This document shows positions 54,382 to 63,909 of a stretch of DNA of 64,000 bases, piece after piece; the stretch's first letter is position 1, and each line of letters opens with the position of its first letter. The stretch is from an uncultured Candidatus Peribacteria bacterium (GTDB taxonomy: Bacteria > Patescibacteriota > Gracilibacteria > Peribacterales > Peribacteraceae), in contig CAZENR010000009.1 in assembly GCA_964513925.1 (NCBI GenBank), positions 476-64,475 on the forward strand, read 5' to 3'. A program made the translations under genes and the position numbers. Under the pieces are notes generated by a model. That model did no database searches. It had not been told where the DNA came from and saw only the letters and a list, made by a program, of their open reading frames with translations.

Positions 54382-57300
54382 ATGCTGCGGCACCTTGCCA
54401 ACGCTCGCCTTGCACCCAAGCACTCTCCCCTTACGGAGCAGCGGCTCGTCTTTTTGCAGAAAACGGGCAATGTGATCCCCGGCTCTGCCCCCGAGGGCGA
54501 AGCTCGCGGACTGGTAGAACTGAGCCGATCTCCAGAGTTAGTCGTACGCAAAATCGGTCGCGATACCCGGTCTCACCTGGGCTTCTTAGACGATGCAGCC
54601 GGCGTGAAAATCGATACGCTCACCGATGCAGAGGTGCAGGCTCTGGCTACACGCAACGTGAATGTGCTGCAGGGCCAGCAACCGGAGCTGCTGCGCGGCA
54701 ACGTCCGGGACGCAGTGACAAACGTGCTCAATGCCGACGCGGGCAAAGAAGGCAGCGTCATGGAACTTTCGCGGGAGACGCGCGACATGATGGACGCGCT
54801 GGAGCAGCTGGACTGGAAGCACGACGCAGCCATTGCAGGCTTTTACGATCGCCACGAGAAGTTGCTGCGCCAGGTGCTGGCACTGCAAGCGGCAACAACG
54901 CGTGTGAACAAAACCGAGCTGGTACTGCAGCTGCGCTACCTCCCGGAAGTGGATGAAGTGCTGGCAAGGCGCAGGGAACGTGCCGAGGAGCTAGCAATTG
55001 CAGAGCAAGAAAAGAAACTTCAGGGCCCTGCGGTAGCAGCGCTTATCGAAGATCTTGCAACGCTCAACTGGCAGGAAGGAGTGCAGGTGGCCACCGCATT
55101 GAGTCGTCATGAGAAACTGCTAGCGCAACTACTTGCTCCGCAGACCTTTCAGGCAAGATTTTCAAACGATCCTTTTGCGCAGCTCAAGTGGGCTCTTGAG
55201 CAGTTACCGCAGCTGCAGGCTCGTGTAACCCGTGCGCATATTGCCGCAGAAGAGCTGCAATTTACTCGCCTTACCGCAGAGAATGATTCCCTTGTCGATT
55301 TGACCGAAGCCCTGGCACAGGCGCCGATTGGAGATGAGCAGGCATTCGAGCGCATACACGACGAGTACCGAAAAACACTGGAGGTGATTTTTGAGAAAAA
55401 TAGCGCATTCATTCCTACCAACTTTTCCAAAATTGATGTTATTACCTGGGCCATTCAGGCGATTCCAGGAATGGCTGCAACAATTGAGCGCAAAAGACAG
55501 GCCTTGCATGAGGCAAAGGAATTCGACGAGCCAGGATGCCAGTACCTCTATGCCGATGAATACCTGGAGCAGTACAGGCAGATGGTTTCTCGCGACAAAA
55601 GCCGCCAGCAGGAGGAAATTGACGCAATGTTGCGAACTCCCCCCTCTGCCTTTCAGTGCGGAAATACCGTGTACTTCAACATCGACCATCCCGAAAGCGC
55701 AGACCCAATTATGGGACCAAGAAGCGCCGCGCACGAGTTAACGCACTTCGCTATTCGCAAGGAAAAGCACGCAAACGCATCGTTCTTTGCAGATATGCAA
55801 AGCGCACTTGAGCAAGTAGGGGCGTGGAGCGATGTACAGCGCGTTGTACGCGCCAGTTTTGGAGAACGAGGAGCTGCGATGAGCGTAGAGGAAATTATCG
55901 AAGAGGCAGCAGCAATCTACGTCGGAGGAGAAAAGGCTCCGTACACGCGTGTCGGCAATGACGGCGAAGCCTCGCAGCTCTGGGAGATTCACCACATGCT
56001 AGCGCAAGCAGCAGCAACAGACGGCAACGTTGCACACTTGCTTCAAGCTATTTCTCGAGAAGTTGATGCGCACTACGACAATGTGCGAGAAAAGCTTGCA
56101 CAAAGCACGGAACAGAGTCAGTACGCAGCGAAGCAACAACGTGAGTACGATGACTTTGTACGCACGAATGCAAAAGAAACCGAAAAAGCAAAAAAAGATG
56201 CCACCGCTGCCATTGAAGATGAAGAAGAGGAGGAAAAGAAAGTCACGCTACATGATGTGCAAATGAAGATCAGTGCGGCAAAGCAAGCATGTGAATCGGC
56301 CAGAGCGAGCTTGCCACTAGTAATGAAGTCGTTGCCCCTCATGAGCAAGGAACAGCAGAATGAAGAGCAAAAGGGCTTGGATTTCGTGCGTAACTTCTTG
56401 GACGAGAACGATAAAGATCTACTCCTTGCCGAGCAGTCTGCAAGTGCATTGGAGCGCTGGGATCTGCCTGAAAACAAGGGTGGCCTTACGGCAAAAGAGA
56501 AGGAGTATTACACCAAGCTATGGAATTTTGGCCCGGATGAGGCAATGAACAAAGAGCTGACAACCAAGGCGTTGAACGAATATGTATCTGGCGTGCAAAG
56601 TGGCATTAAAGAAATTGGGGAATTTATTAACCGAGAGCGCCCAACGGCCAGCGAGAAGGAAGATAAGGGGATATGGGGCAACCTGAAAGAGGTGTTCTTT
56701 AGCAACGGAAAGAATGTTGAATGGGTTTCCTGGAGTGATGCCGTAAAAATCGTTGGCATTTTCAAGGAAGCCATTGTAGCCAAATGGGAACAAGGCAAAG
56801 AACGAAAGGCACACCGCATTGCCGATAAAATCGCACAAGGATCTTGGCTGGCCAAACCCATAGAACATACCCTGAGAAAGCAAGCTCGTGCCGCAAATGA
56901 GAAGCAAACCAGTGAATTCGCTGACTACTTGAAAACTGCAGGTTTGAACTTCGATAGGCTCATGGGGCGTCCGGACGGATTGTACTGGCGATTGAGCAAC
57001 ATCAACGAAAAGAAGGCCGTGCTGGAATATGCGGCAGAAAAAGCCTGGTTGTACGACCTAAGTCCGGTGAACGGAGCCGATGTATACGGCATAGATTTCG
57101 TAAGTGAATTCGGGCCAGAGGCGTTCAGCGAATTGGTGCAGCACTACGAAGAAGGAAAGAAAAAGGAAAGTAAGCGCGGCTACGCCAAGGTGAACCAACG
57201 TCCGGATATTCCGCCGATGATCGAAGATCTCATTCACGAAATGCGCGAGCGCAACATCTTTGCCGCGCACGGTATTTTCCAGCGTATTCAAGAAAAAGCG

Positions 57301-58176
57301 AAGTACACCCACAGCCATACCTGGGCAATTACCACCTTCATCTCCGAGTTGCGAAAAGACCCTCAATTGCTTGCCATCTTGGACAAAGGTCTTCTGGACG
57401 ACATCGGTAACATCGGCATCGGCCAAACAGCATGGTCCATGACAATGTTCAAGTTGTTGCGCACGGAAATGATGGAATGGAAGGCAGGTGCTAAATGGGA
57501 CAATAACGTGCTAACCCGAACAATTAAAAAGATTGAGGAGCGACTGAGTAAGCTCCCGAATGGCATCAAGGAAAAAACAAAAGAAGAGGCTGTTGCCATC
57601 ATTTTGGCTGGAAAGACGTACCAAGACGGAGACGTTACTATTTCCATCTTCCAAAAGGACTTCGACGAGTACCGCAAATGGTGGAAAGAAAACTCTCAAA
57701 GCACAGTGTCTGCAGCCAAAACCGACGATGACTTCTTCCATCCAACTGGATCGGACATCCTTCTGGCGAGCAGCACGATTCTTGACGAACTTGGAACCCG
57801 TGACTCTACCGGTCGTCCAACACATCAAAGCAAGGCGCCGAAATTCTTCAGCATGGTTCGTCAGAGATACGACGAACTGAAAAAGGTAGATCCAGTTGCA
57901 AAAGAGCGGTTCCGCTCAGAAATGCAGGCAAAGTTGAAAAACTGGTTCCGCACTCGCATTTGCTCAAACGCAGCATCTGCACTGCAATTTCCGAATGAGA
58001 CAGACAGTGAGAACAAAAACGTTTTAGAAGAAATGTTGCGTCGAAGGCTCATTATGAAAGAAGATATCGTGGCTAACCTTGGCGGAACGCTTACAAAAAA
58101 AGATGAAAAGACCGGAGACACCAAACTTACTGACTTCGGAAAGTTTGTGGAAGATGCCTGGGCACGACCGCTGTAA
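54382..58176 (+). CDS. giant (1264 aa) largely helical protein with HExxH motif
   Basis: SAAHELTHFAIRKE near residue 450. Long charged or coiled segments and an EEEEEKK tract. Confidence 0.6.
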   Translation: MLRHLANARLAPKHSPLTEQRLVFLQKTGNVIPGSAPEGEARGLVELSRSPELVVRKIGRDTRSHLGFLDDAAGVKIDTLTDAEVQALATRNVNVLQGQQPELLRGNVRDAVTNVLNADAGKEGSVMELSRETRDMMDALEQLDWKHDAAIAGFYDRHEKLLRQVLALQAATTRVNKTELVLQLRYLPEVDEVLARRRERAEELAIAEQEKKLQGPAVAALIEDLATLNWQEGVQVATALSRHEKLLAQLLAPQTFQARFSNDPFAQLKWALEQLPQLQARVTRAHIAAEELQFTRLTAENDSLVDLTEALAQAPIGDEQAFERIHDEYRKTLEVIFEKNSAFIPTNFSKIDVITWAIQAIPGMAATIERKRQALHEAKEFDEPGCQYLYADEYLEQYRQMVSRDKSRQQEEIDAMLRTPPSAFQCGNTVYFNIDHPESADPIMGPRSAAHELTHFAIRKEKHANASFFADMQSALEQVGAWSDVQRVVRASFGERGAAMSVEEIIEEAAAIYVGGEKAPYTRVGNDGEASQLWEIHHMLAQAAATDGNVAHLLQAISREVDAHYDNVREKLAQSTEQSQYAAKQQREYDDFVRTNAKETEKAKKDATAAIEDEEEEEKKVTLHDVQMKISAAKQACESARASLPLVMKSLPLMSKEQQNEEQKGLDFVRNFLDENDKDLLLAEQSASALERWDLPENKGGLTAKEKEYYTKLWNFGPDEAMNKELTTKALNEYVSGVQSGIKEIGEFINRERPTASEKEDKGIWGNLKEVFFSNGKNVEWVSWSDAVKIVGIFKEAIVAKWEQGKERKAHRIADKIAQGSWLAKPIEHTLRKQARAANEKQTSEFADYLKTAGLNFDRLMGRPDGLYWRLSNINEKKAVLEYAAEKAWLYDLSPVNGADVYGIDFVSEFGPEAFSELVQHYEEGKKKESKRGYAKVNQRPDIPPMIEDLIHEMRERNIFAAHGIFQRIQEKAKYTHSHTWAITTFISELRKDPQLLAILDKGLLDDIGNIGIGQTAWSMTMFKLLRTEMMEWKAGAKWDNNVLTRTIKKIEERLSKLPNGIKEKTKEEAVAIILAGKTYQDGDVTISIFQKDFDEYRKWWKENSQSTVSAAKTDDDFFHPTGSDILLASSTILDELGTRDSTGRPTHQSKAPKFFSMVRQRYDELKKVDPVAKERFRSEMQAKLKNWFRTRICSNAASALQFPNETDSENKNVLEEMLRRRLIMKEDIVANLGGTLTKKDEKTGDTKLTDFGKFVEDAWARPL

Positions 58177-58605
58177 TTAGCCCGTACTCCCAAACCCTCC
58201 CCTGCTCTGCACTCCGTGATTCTCTACCTCCTGCCACTGCGCGCGGTCTATTTTGACAAATAACCCCTGTGCAATGCGTTCACCGCGCTCCACGGTCACG
58301 GGGGCATCTGTCACATTGCGTACCTGTACGAAAATCTCATCCTTAGGACCGTGGTAGTCCTGGTCTATAAGCCCCAAGGAATGCGGGCAAATGAGGCCTT
58401 TTTTTCGCGGCAACGATGACCTGGGGAGAATAAGCAGCGCGTACCCCTCCGGCACTTTGACGATGATATTGCCCGGAACCAAGCCCAGCTGGCCGGGCTG
58501 AATGACGGTGGTTTCGCGAGTGACGAAATCGAAGGCTGCAGCCCCGCTGGAATGGTATTCGGGCAGCGGCAACGTGGGGTCTATGCGTTGGATGGAGACG
58601 TGCAT
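58177..58605 (-). CDS. dut: dUTP diphosphatase
   Basis: Motifs AAFDF, LPRSS, GLIDQDYHG and RGGFGSTG. Start at MHVSIQRID. Confidence 0.82.
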   Translation of the reverse strand: MHVSIQRIDPTLPLPEYHSSGAAAFDFVTRETTVIQPGQLGLVPGNIIVKVPEGYALLILPRSSLPRKKGLICPHSLGLIDQDYHGPKDEIFVQVRNVTDAPVTVERGERIAQGLFVKIDRAQWQEVENHGVQSRGGFGSTG

Positions 58606-58713
58606 AAGATCAGTATATGTGAAGTTGCAGATTGATGCTGCCAAAGATTCTCTCTCGGAGAATTAGGGAACCCTGTTCGGTTCCGCATGTTCTTTTTCCC
58701 AAGCGAACATATT

Positions 58714-59214
58714 CCACTTTTTTGGCGCAAAAAAGTGGAGCAAAAAACATGCCGCTGGTGAAAGCGTTCGGCGGTTCTTTTTCGTGCATCGGGGCCTGCA
58801 AACGTGAACTCGCCGCTTCGTCCCCACGAAAGCGGCTCAAACAGGCACGTTTGCTTGCGGCCCCTCTTCACGAAGAACCGCAACGAACCCTTTCAAGGCG
58901 GCGAGAACGAAGAGACTCTGAGTTATATTTTCAAGCCACTAAAGGGTGGCGCGCAATGCGCTCGGGGGACGGAGGTCTGCCTCGGCGGTCGCAACCGCCG
59001 GGCGTGGTGGCTCATTGCGCACGCGTTTTTGGTTCTTTTGCCGCTTGGGCAAAAGAACATATGTCGTGCACAAAGAAGTGGCGGTATGTACCCTCTACCG
59101 GCAGGAGAATAGAGCGCCGCAGTGTTAAAACATCGGCGAAGGCAGGCTTTGCCTGCCTGGAGCCGCACAATCTCAGGGAGAGTCCGCGAGAGGGGTGTAA
59201 CCCCTTTCGCGAGC
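58714..59214 (+). ncRNA. structured non-coding element, unknown family, copy 2
   Basis: Lies in a 672-nt gene-free gap between dut and ftsZ. Has the same 5' hairpin (58714-58738) and core (58933-59058) as copy 1, plus nested helices at 58775-58880 and 3' hairpins. Confidence 0.55.
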
Positions 59215-59220
59215 GTAAAG

Positions 59221-59248
59221 AAAAAACCGGCCTCTTTTGGCCGGCTTT
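59221..59248 (-). terminator. intrinsic terminator of ftsZ
   Basis: Minus strand reads GCCGGCCAAAAGAGGCCGGTTTTTT. Confidence 0.8.
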
Positions 59249-59277
59249 CTCCACATTTCCCGTGTGGCTATGTTGGA

Positions 59278-60546
59278 TTATTTCCCCCCAATCTTCTTGC
59301 GCATGAAGGTGGGAACCTCCAGCTCCTCTTCGTTTAACTGCGTGCCAGAAAGCTTGATGACGGCGTCATCACCGCGGGCCGGAGCGGCATCTGTTGCAGT
59401 CTTGGCGCTCTCCTGCTTCTTGTACGAGGGCAGCTGGCGCATCAGCGGGGCTGCGGCGGCAGAAGACATGGAATCCTTCTTCTCATCGAAGCCGGTTGCG
59501 ATGACCGTGCACTTCACCTGGCCGGTGAACGCATCGTCGATCACTGCACCGAAGATGATGTTGGCCTCTGGGTCGGCAGCCTCGGTGACGATGCGTGCAG
59601 CCTCGTCCACCTCGAACATGCTCATATCGTTCCCACCCGTGATGTTGAAGAGAATACCCTTGGCACCGCTGATGGAAAGCTCGAGCAGCGGGCTGTCGAT
59701 GGCCGCGCGTGCGGCCTCTGCGGCGCGGCTGTCGCCGGTACCGTAACCGATACCCATGAGCGCGGAACCTGCATCCTGCATGACCGAACGTACGTCGGCA
59801 AAGTCGACGTTCACCAAGCCGTGCACGGTGATCAGGCTGGCAATACCCTCGATACCATGGCGCAGGATTTCATCTACGATCTGGAACGCCTCGGTCAGCG
59901 GGGTGGTCTTGTCGATGAGCGACAAAATCTTATCGTTCGGAATGGTGATGAGCGTGTCTACCTTGCCACGAAGCGCCTCCAATGCCTCCTCTGCCTGCTT
60001 GCGGCGACGCAAGCCCTCGAAGCTGAACGGCTTGGTCACAACACCCACCGTCAGCACTCCCATGGAACGTGCCAGCTCGGCAATGTACGGTGCCGCGCCG
60101 GAACCGGTACCGCCGCCAAGTCCTGCGGTGATGAACACCAGGTCGGCACCCTCAAGCGCCTTCTTGATCTCCTCAGAGCTCTCCTTCGCAGACTGCAAGC
60201 CCACGTCGGGGTTTGCACCGGCGCCCAGTCCGCGGGTGGTGCCGCGGCCGATGTTCACCTTCGTGGTAGCCGGGCTGTGGAACAGCGCCTGCGCATCGGT
60301 GTTGACGGCAATGAACTCCACGCCTCCCACCTTGCTGCTAATCATGCGGGAGACGGCGTTGCTACCGCCGCCACCAACACCCACCACGCGGATCACCGCG
60401 TTCGGGGCAATGTCGGGGCGCACTTCCTGGTATCCGCTGCTGGACGAGGTGGAACCATCGGCCTTGGCGGGTGCGGAGGGGGTAAACCCGTTACCGCCCG
60501 AAGACGACTTCGAGCCGGAGAACAGGGAGCGCAACGTGTCTGACAT
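59278..60546 (-). CDS. ftsZ: cell division protein FtsZ
   Basis: GGGTGSGAAP tubulin signature; 422 aa. Confidence 0.97.
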   Translation of the reverse strand: MSDTLRSLFSGSKSSSGGNGFTPSAPAKADGSTSSSSGYQEVRPDIAPNAVIRVVGVGGGGSNAVSRMISSKVGGVEFIAVNTDAQALFHSPATTKVNIGRGTTRGLGAGANPDVGLQSAKESSEEIKKALEGADLVFITAGLGGGTGSGAAPYIAELARSMGVLTVGVVTKPFSFEGLRRRKQAEEALEALRGKVDTLITIPNDKILSLIDKTTPLTEAFQIVDEILRHGIEGIASLITVHGLVNVDFADVRSVMQDAGSALMGIGYGTGDSRAAEAARAAIDSPLLELSISGAKGILFNITGGNDMSMFEVDEAARIVTEAADPEANIIFGAVIDDAFTGQVKCTVIATGFDEKKDSMSSAAAAPLMRQLPSYKKQESAKTATDAAPARGDDAVIKLSGTQLNEEELEVPTFMRKKIGGK

Positions 60547-60588
60547 GGGAACTGGGGGAAGGAAGACTGAGGAGGTAAAGAAATGAAA

Positions 60589-61833
60589 TTACGGAAGCAA
60601 GTTTTTAAACCAGGAACCGACCTGGCTAATGGCACGCTTCATATCGATGGAACCCATCGAGAACGCGAAACCACCTTTGCGACTGCCCTCGCGCACGCCC
60701 CATAACAGGGTACCGAGTGCTGTGGCATAAGCCGGATCGTCAACTTTCTCAATGACTCCACCCACCTCCACCGGGAAGCCCATTTGTACGGGCAGACCCA
60801 GCACCTCGCGTGCAATGTCCAGAACGCCTGGAGCCTTAACCGCAGCTCCGGTGAGCAGTGCTCCAGCAGGCAAAAGACCATCGCGGCCGATGCGCTTGAG
60901 CTCCTCCTTGACCAAGGAGAAGATCTCGTAGTAGCGGGCCTGCATGATCTCGGCCATGTACTTCTTGCTGACAGTCTGGGTGTCCATCTTGGAGACGGTC
61001 GACAAATCGATCATTTCTCGCTCCTGAATCTCTGCGGGCAGAACCGAACCGAATTCAATTTTGATCTTCTCTGCGGTGTCGATGCTGGTGCGTAGTCCAA
61101 TAGCAATATCGTTGGTGACGTTCTCACCACCCACGGGCAAGCAAACGGAGTGTAGAATCGTCCCCTCCTCGAACACGGCCACGCTGGTGGAGCCTGCACC
61201 GACGTCGATGGTGACAACACCCAGTTCCTTCTGGCGCTTGGTGAGCACTGCTTCGGAGATGGCGATGGTGGCTGGAACCAGAGCGTCGATGTCCACACCT
61301 GCCTGGTCGATGCACTTCTCAAGGTTCTTTACGTGCTGGATCTGGCCGGTGATGATGTGGGCTTCCACCTCCAGGCGGATACCCGTCATGCCAACCGGAT
61401 TCTTGATACCGCGCTGCTCGTCTACGGCGTAGCTCTTCGGCTCAATATGCAAAATGCGGCGGTTGCTCGGAATACTAACTGCCTGTGCGGCCTCCAGTAC
61501 GCGGGCAATGTCATCTACCGTGATCTCGGAACCAGAGATGGCAATGACGCCGCGGCTATCGAAGGACTCGATGTGCGAGCCGCTCATGCCGACAAAGACG
61601 TGGTTGATGGGTACGCCAGCCATGCGCTCGGCGTCCTCCAGTGCGGAAATAATGTTGTGGATGGTCTCCTCAATGTCGATGACATGGCCCTTGCGCATGC
61701 CAAGCGATGGCGAGATGCCAACGCCAATGACACTGGGAACCTGGCCGCCCTCGGCGCCGTCTACTACTGCTACGACTGTACGGATCTTGGCGCTTCCGAC
61801 ATCGAGACTGGATACAACACTTTCTTTGGCCAT
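60589..61833 (-). CDS. ftsA: cell division protein FtsA
   Basis: Actin-like ATPase of 414 aa, directly upstream of ftsZ. Confidence 0.93.
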   Translation of the reverse strand: MAKESVVSSLDVGSAKIRTVVAVVDGAEGGQVPSVIGVGISPSLGMRKGHVIDIEETIHNIISALEDAERMAGVPINHVFVGMSGSHIESFDSRGVIAISGSEITVDDIARVLEAAQAVSIPSNRRILHIEPKSYAVDEQRGIKNPVGMTGIRLEVEAHIITGQIQHVKNLEKCIDQAGVDIDALVPATIAISEAVLTKRQKELGVVTIDVGAGSTSVAVFEEGTILHSVCLPVGGENVTNDIAIGLRTSIDTAEKIKIEFGSVLPAEIQEREMIDLSTVSKMDTQTVSKKYMAEIMQARYYEIFSLVKEELKRIGRDGLLPAGALLTGAAVKAPGVLDIAREVLGLPVQMGFPVEVGGVIEKVDDPAYATALGTLLWGVREGSRKGGFAFSMGSIDMKRAISQVGSWFKNLLP

Positions 61834-62081
61834 GGGAACGAGGGGTGAAGTGGGAACAAATCAACAGGAAGTCGTGATGAACACGACGAAGCAAATCGCA
61901 GTCTAAAGGGCGAGATTTTGGCTGCAATAGATCATTGTTCATCTTTGGTGATCAAGAGTGATGAAAACTGACTAAAAAATGTTCTCATCATTTGTTGAGT
62001 AGATGCTGAAAGAAAATTGAGAAAACAATTTTTGTATTCACCTCAAAAAATCTGTATACAAAAAATACTCAATACCTTGCG

Positions 62082-63071
62082 TTATAGCAGAGATAGTTGC
62101 AAAGATGCATCATCTGCCGAGCCCTTCTGCTTGCGAACTTTACTTTGTGAGCTTAGAGAAGGAGTGGGAGCTGCCGGAGCAAAATGACGTGCGCCATACG
62201 GCTCCTGTGTAAGCGCAATTAAGCGCTTGGTTAGCAGTACGAAGCCAAGATCTGCGAATACATCCAGTGCCGCCTGGGTAGGCAGCTGCTCAAGTCGTAA
62301 CGCATCCAGCCCCAACGGGAGCGGAACATCGCAAACCAGTTGCGCCATGCGTTCACAGAAAAATGCTGATTCCCTATCCTTCTCCAACTTCGTCTTCCAG
62401 GCGTCTTTGATCTGATCAATGTTGGCATACACGCCTTCCAACGTGCCGTATTTTTGGAGCAATGCCTCTGCTGCCTTGGGACCAATGCCTAACACACCGT
62501 GCAAGTTGTCCGACGCGTCTCCCACCAATCCTTTGTAGGAAGGAATTTGCCGCGGAGTTACCCCGTACTTCTTCACTACCTCGCCCGGACCAAAGTATTC
62601 CGGTACCTGGTAGCCCTTGTGCGGCACGGCAACGCGGACGTTGTCGTTTACAAGCTGCAGCAAATCGCGATCTCCTGAGATAATCGTCACCTTACTCCCC
62701 TGCCGTTCCGCGGCCTTGGCGTACGCACAAGCAAAGTCATCCGCCTCGAATCCGCCGCCTTCCACACGCTTAAGACCCAGCGAATCGATGACCCGTAATA
62801 CATGTGGAACCTGGGGATAAAAATCATCGGGCGTGGCTGCGCGCCCAGCCTTATACTCCTCATATTCCTTGTGCCGAAACGTCTGCTCGTCGGCATCGAA
62901 GCAAAACAGCAAGGCATCTGGTTGTTCGATTCTCAGGATGTTGATAAGCATGGATGTAAACCCGAATGCGGTATTCACCTGCTCGCCTTTCTTATTACGC
63001 ATAGTCCGCGGAATAGCCCAGTAAGCGCGATATAAGAGGTGATGCCCGTCGATAATGACCAGATGCTGCAT
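62082..63071 (-). CDS. stand-alone 5'-3' exonuclease (Pol I N-terminal/FEN-like), no polymerase domain
   Basis: MQHLVIIDGHHLLYRAYWAIP...; H3TH region GDASDNLHGVLGIGPKAA. Confidence 0.85.
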   Translation of the reverse strand: MQHLVIIDGHHLLYRAYWAIPRTMRNKKGEQVNTAFGFTSMLINILRIEQPDALLFCFDADEQTFRHKEYEEYKAGRAATPDDFYPQVPHVLRVIDSLGLKRVEGGGFEADDFACAYAKAAERQGSKVTIISGDRDLLQLVNDNVRVAVPHKGYQVPEYFGPGEVVKKYGVTPRQIPSYKGLVGDASDNLHGVLGIGPKAAEALLQKYGTLEGVYANIDQIKDAWKTKLEKDRESAFFCERMAQLVCDVPLPLGLDALRLEQLPTQAALDVFADLGFVLLTKRLIALTQEPYGARHFAPAAPTPSLSSQSKVRKQKGSADDASLQLSLL

Positions 63072-63252
63072 AGGCGAAGGAAGAAGGGCTCTGTAAGAAC
63101 TGGGCCGAGCCAACGTCGTCTGTAGGGTACGACAACATTGCATGGGCGCCTACCCCTCACAGCCACAGCCTGGAAATAAACATGCTATTACAAAACAATA
63201 CAGCAATTTCCACAACACCGCCCGCGAGCGTGGAAGCCAAAAAAAGGGTATA

Positions 63253-63900
63253 ATGATGGGAACACTCAAACACACCATGACACAGCTCTCCCCAGCGTAC
63301 GACAACAAGATTCCGCGCAAATACTGCGCCAGGACCATTGAGCATAAAATGGAAAACAAGAAAGCCTTGCAGGAGCAGCTTGGATGGCCCGTGGAACCCA
63401 AGCAACCGATTCTCTGCATTTCCACCGGCATGACCGATGCGCTTGGCGGCGAACTGATGGAGCAAGTACTGGACGGCGTGCTGGAGCTGCCGGTCGCATT
63501 ACTCATCCGAGGACGCGGATCTTCCAAGTACGGCGAATTTTTCACCAAACTTGCCAAGAACAACGGCCATCGTATTAAGATCATCCCGGACGACGAGGTA
63601 AACCTGCGACGTATGCTTGCAGGCGCAGACATCGCTCTGTTCTTCTCTACACAACAGGACCCGGATGAACTGGAAAACGCGCTGCGTTACGGCGTAATTC
63701 CGGTGGCAATGCCGGCAGACGTGCTGGAAGACTACAACCCGGTACAGGAAAGTGGCGGGGCATTCATTTACCAGGAAGCAACGCCATGGCAATGCTTTGC
63801 CAGTCTGGTTCGCGCACTGGAAACATTCAAGTTTCCGTACGACTGGAAGACCATTCAGCGCAACGCCATGGAGGCCATGGAAGAGCGTGACGGCAAGTAG
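63253..63900 (+). CDS. glycogen-synthase-like C-terminal (GT-B half) domain protein
   Basis: Resembles only the C-terminal half of GlgA (...RMLAGADIALFFS..., RYGVIPVA...). Start is uncertain (63253/63277/63340). Confidence 0.5.
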   Translation: MMGTLKHTMTQLSPAYDNKIPRKYCARTIEHKMENKKALQEQLGWPVEPKQPILCISTGMTDALGGELMEQVLDGVLELPVALLIRGRGSSKYGEFFTKLAKNNGHRIKIIPDDEVNLRRMLAGADIALFFSTQQDPDELENALRYGVIPVAMPADVLEDYNPVQESGGAFIYQEATPWQCFASLVRALETFKFPYDWKTIQRNAMEAMEERDGK

Positions 63901-63909
63901 TCAGGGAAA

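Noticed and set aside
58174-58179. Abutting convergent stops (TAATTA) of the 1264-aa gene and dut, and likewise at 25059/25060
   Set aside because: This is real but simply reflects tight packing. No shared terminator hairpin is visible.
58632-59306. 224-aa ORF (+) spanning the dut-ftsZ gap, plus shorter overlapping ORFs
   Set aside because: Same reasoning as for copy 1. The sequence is dominated by self-complementary segments, runs through the ftsZ terminator and has no start context.
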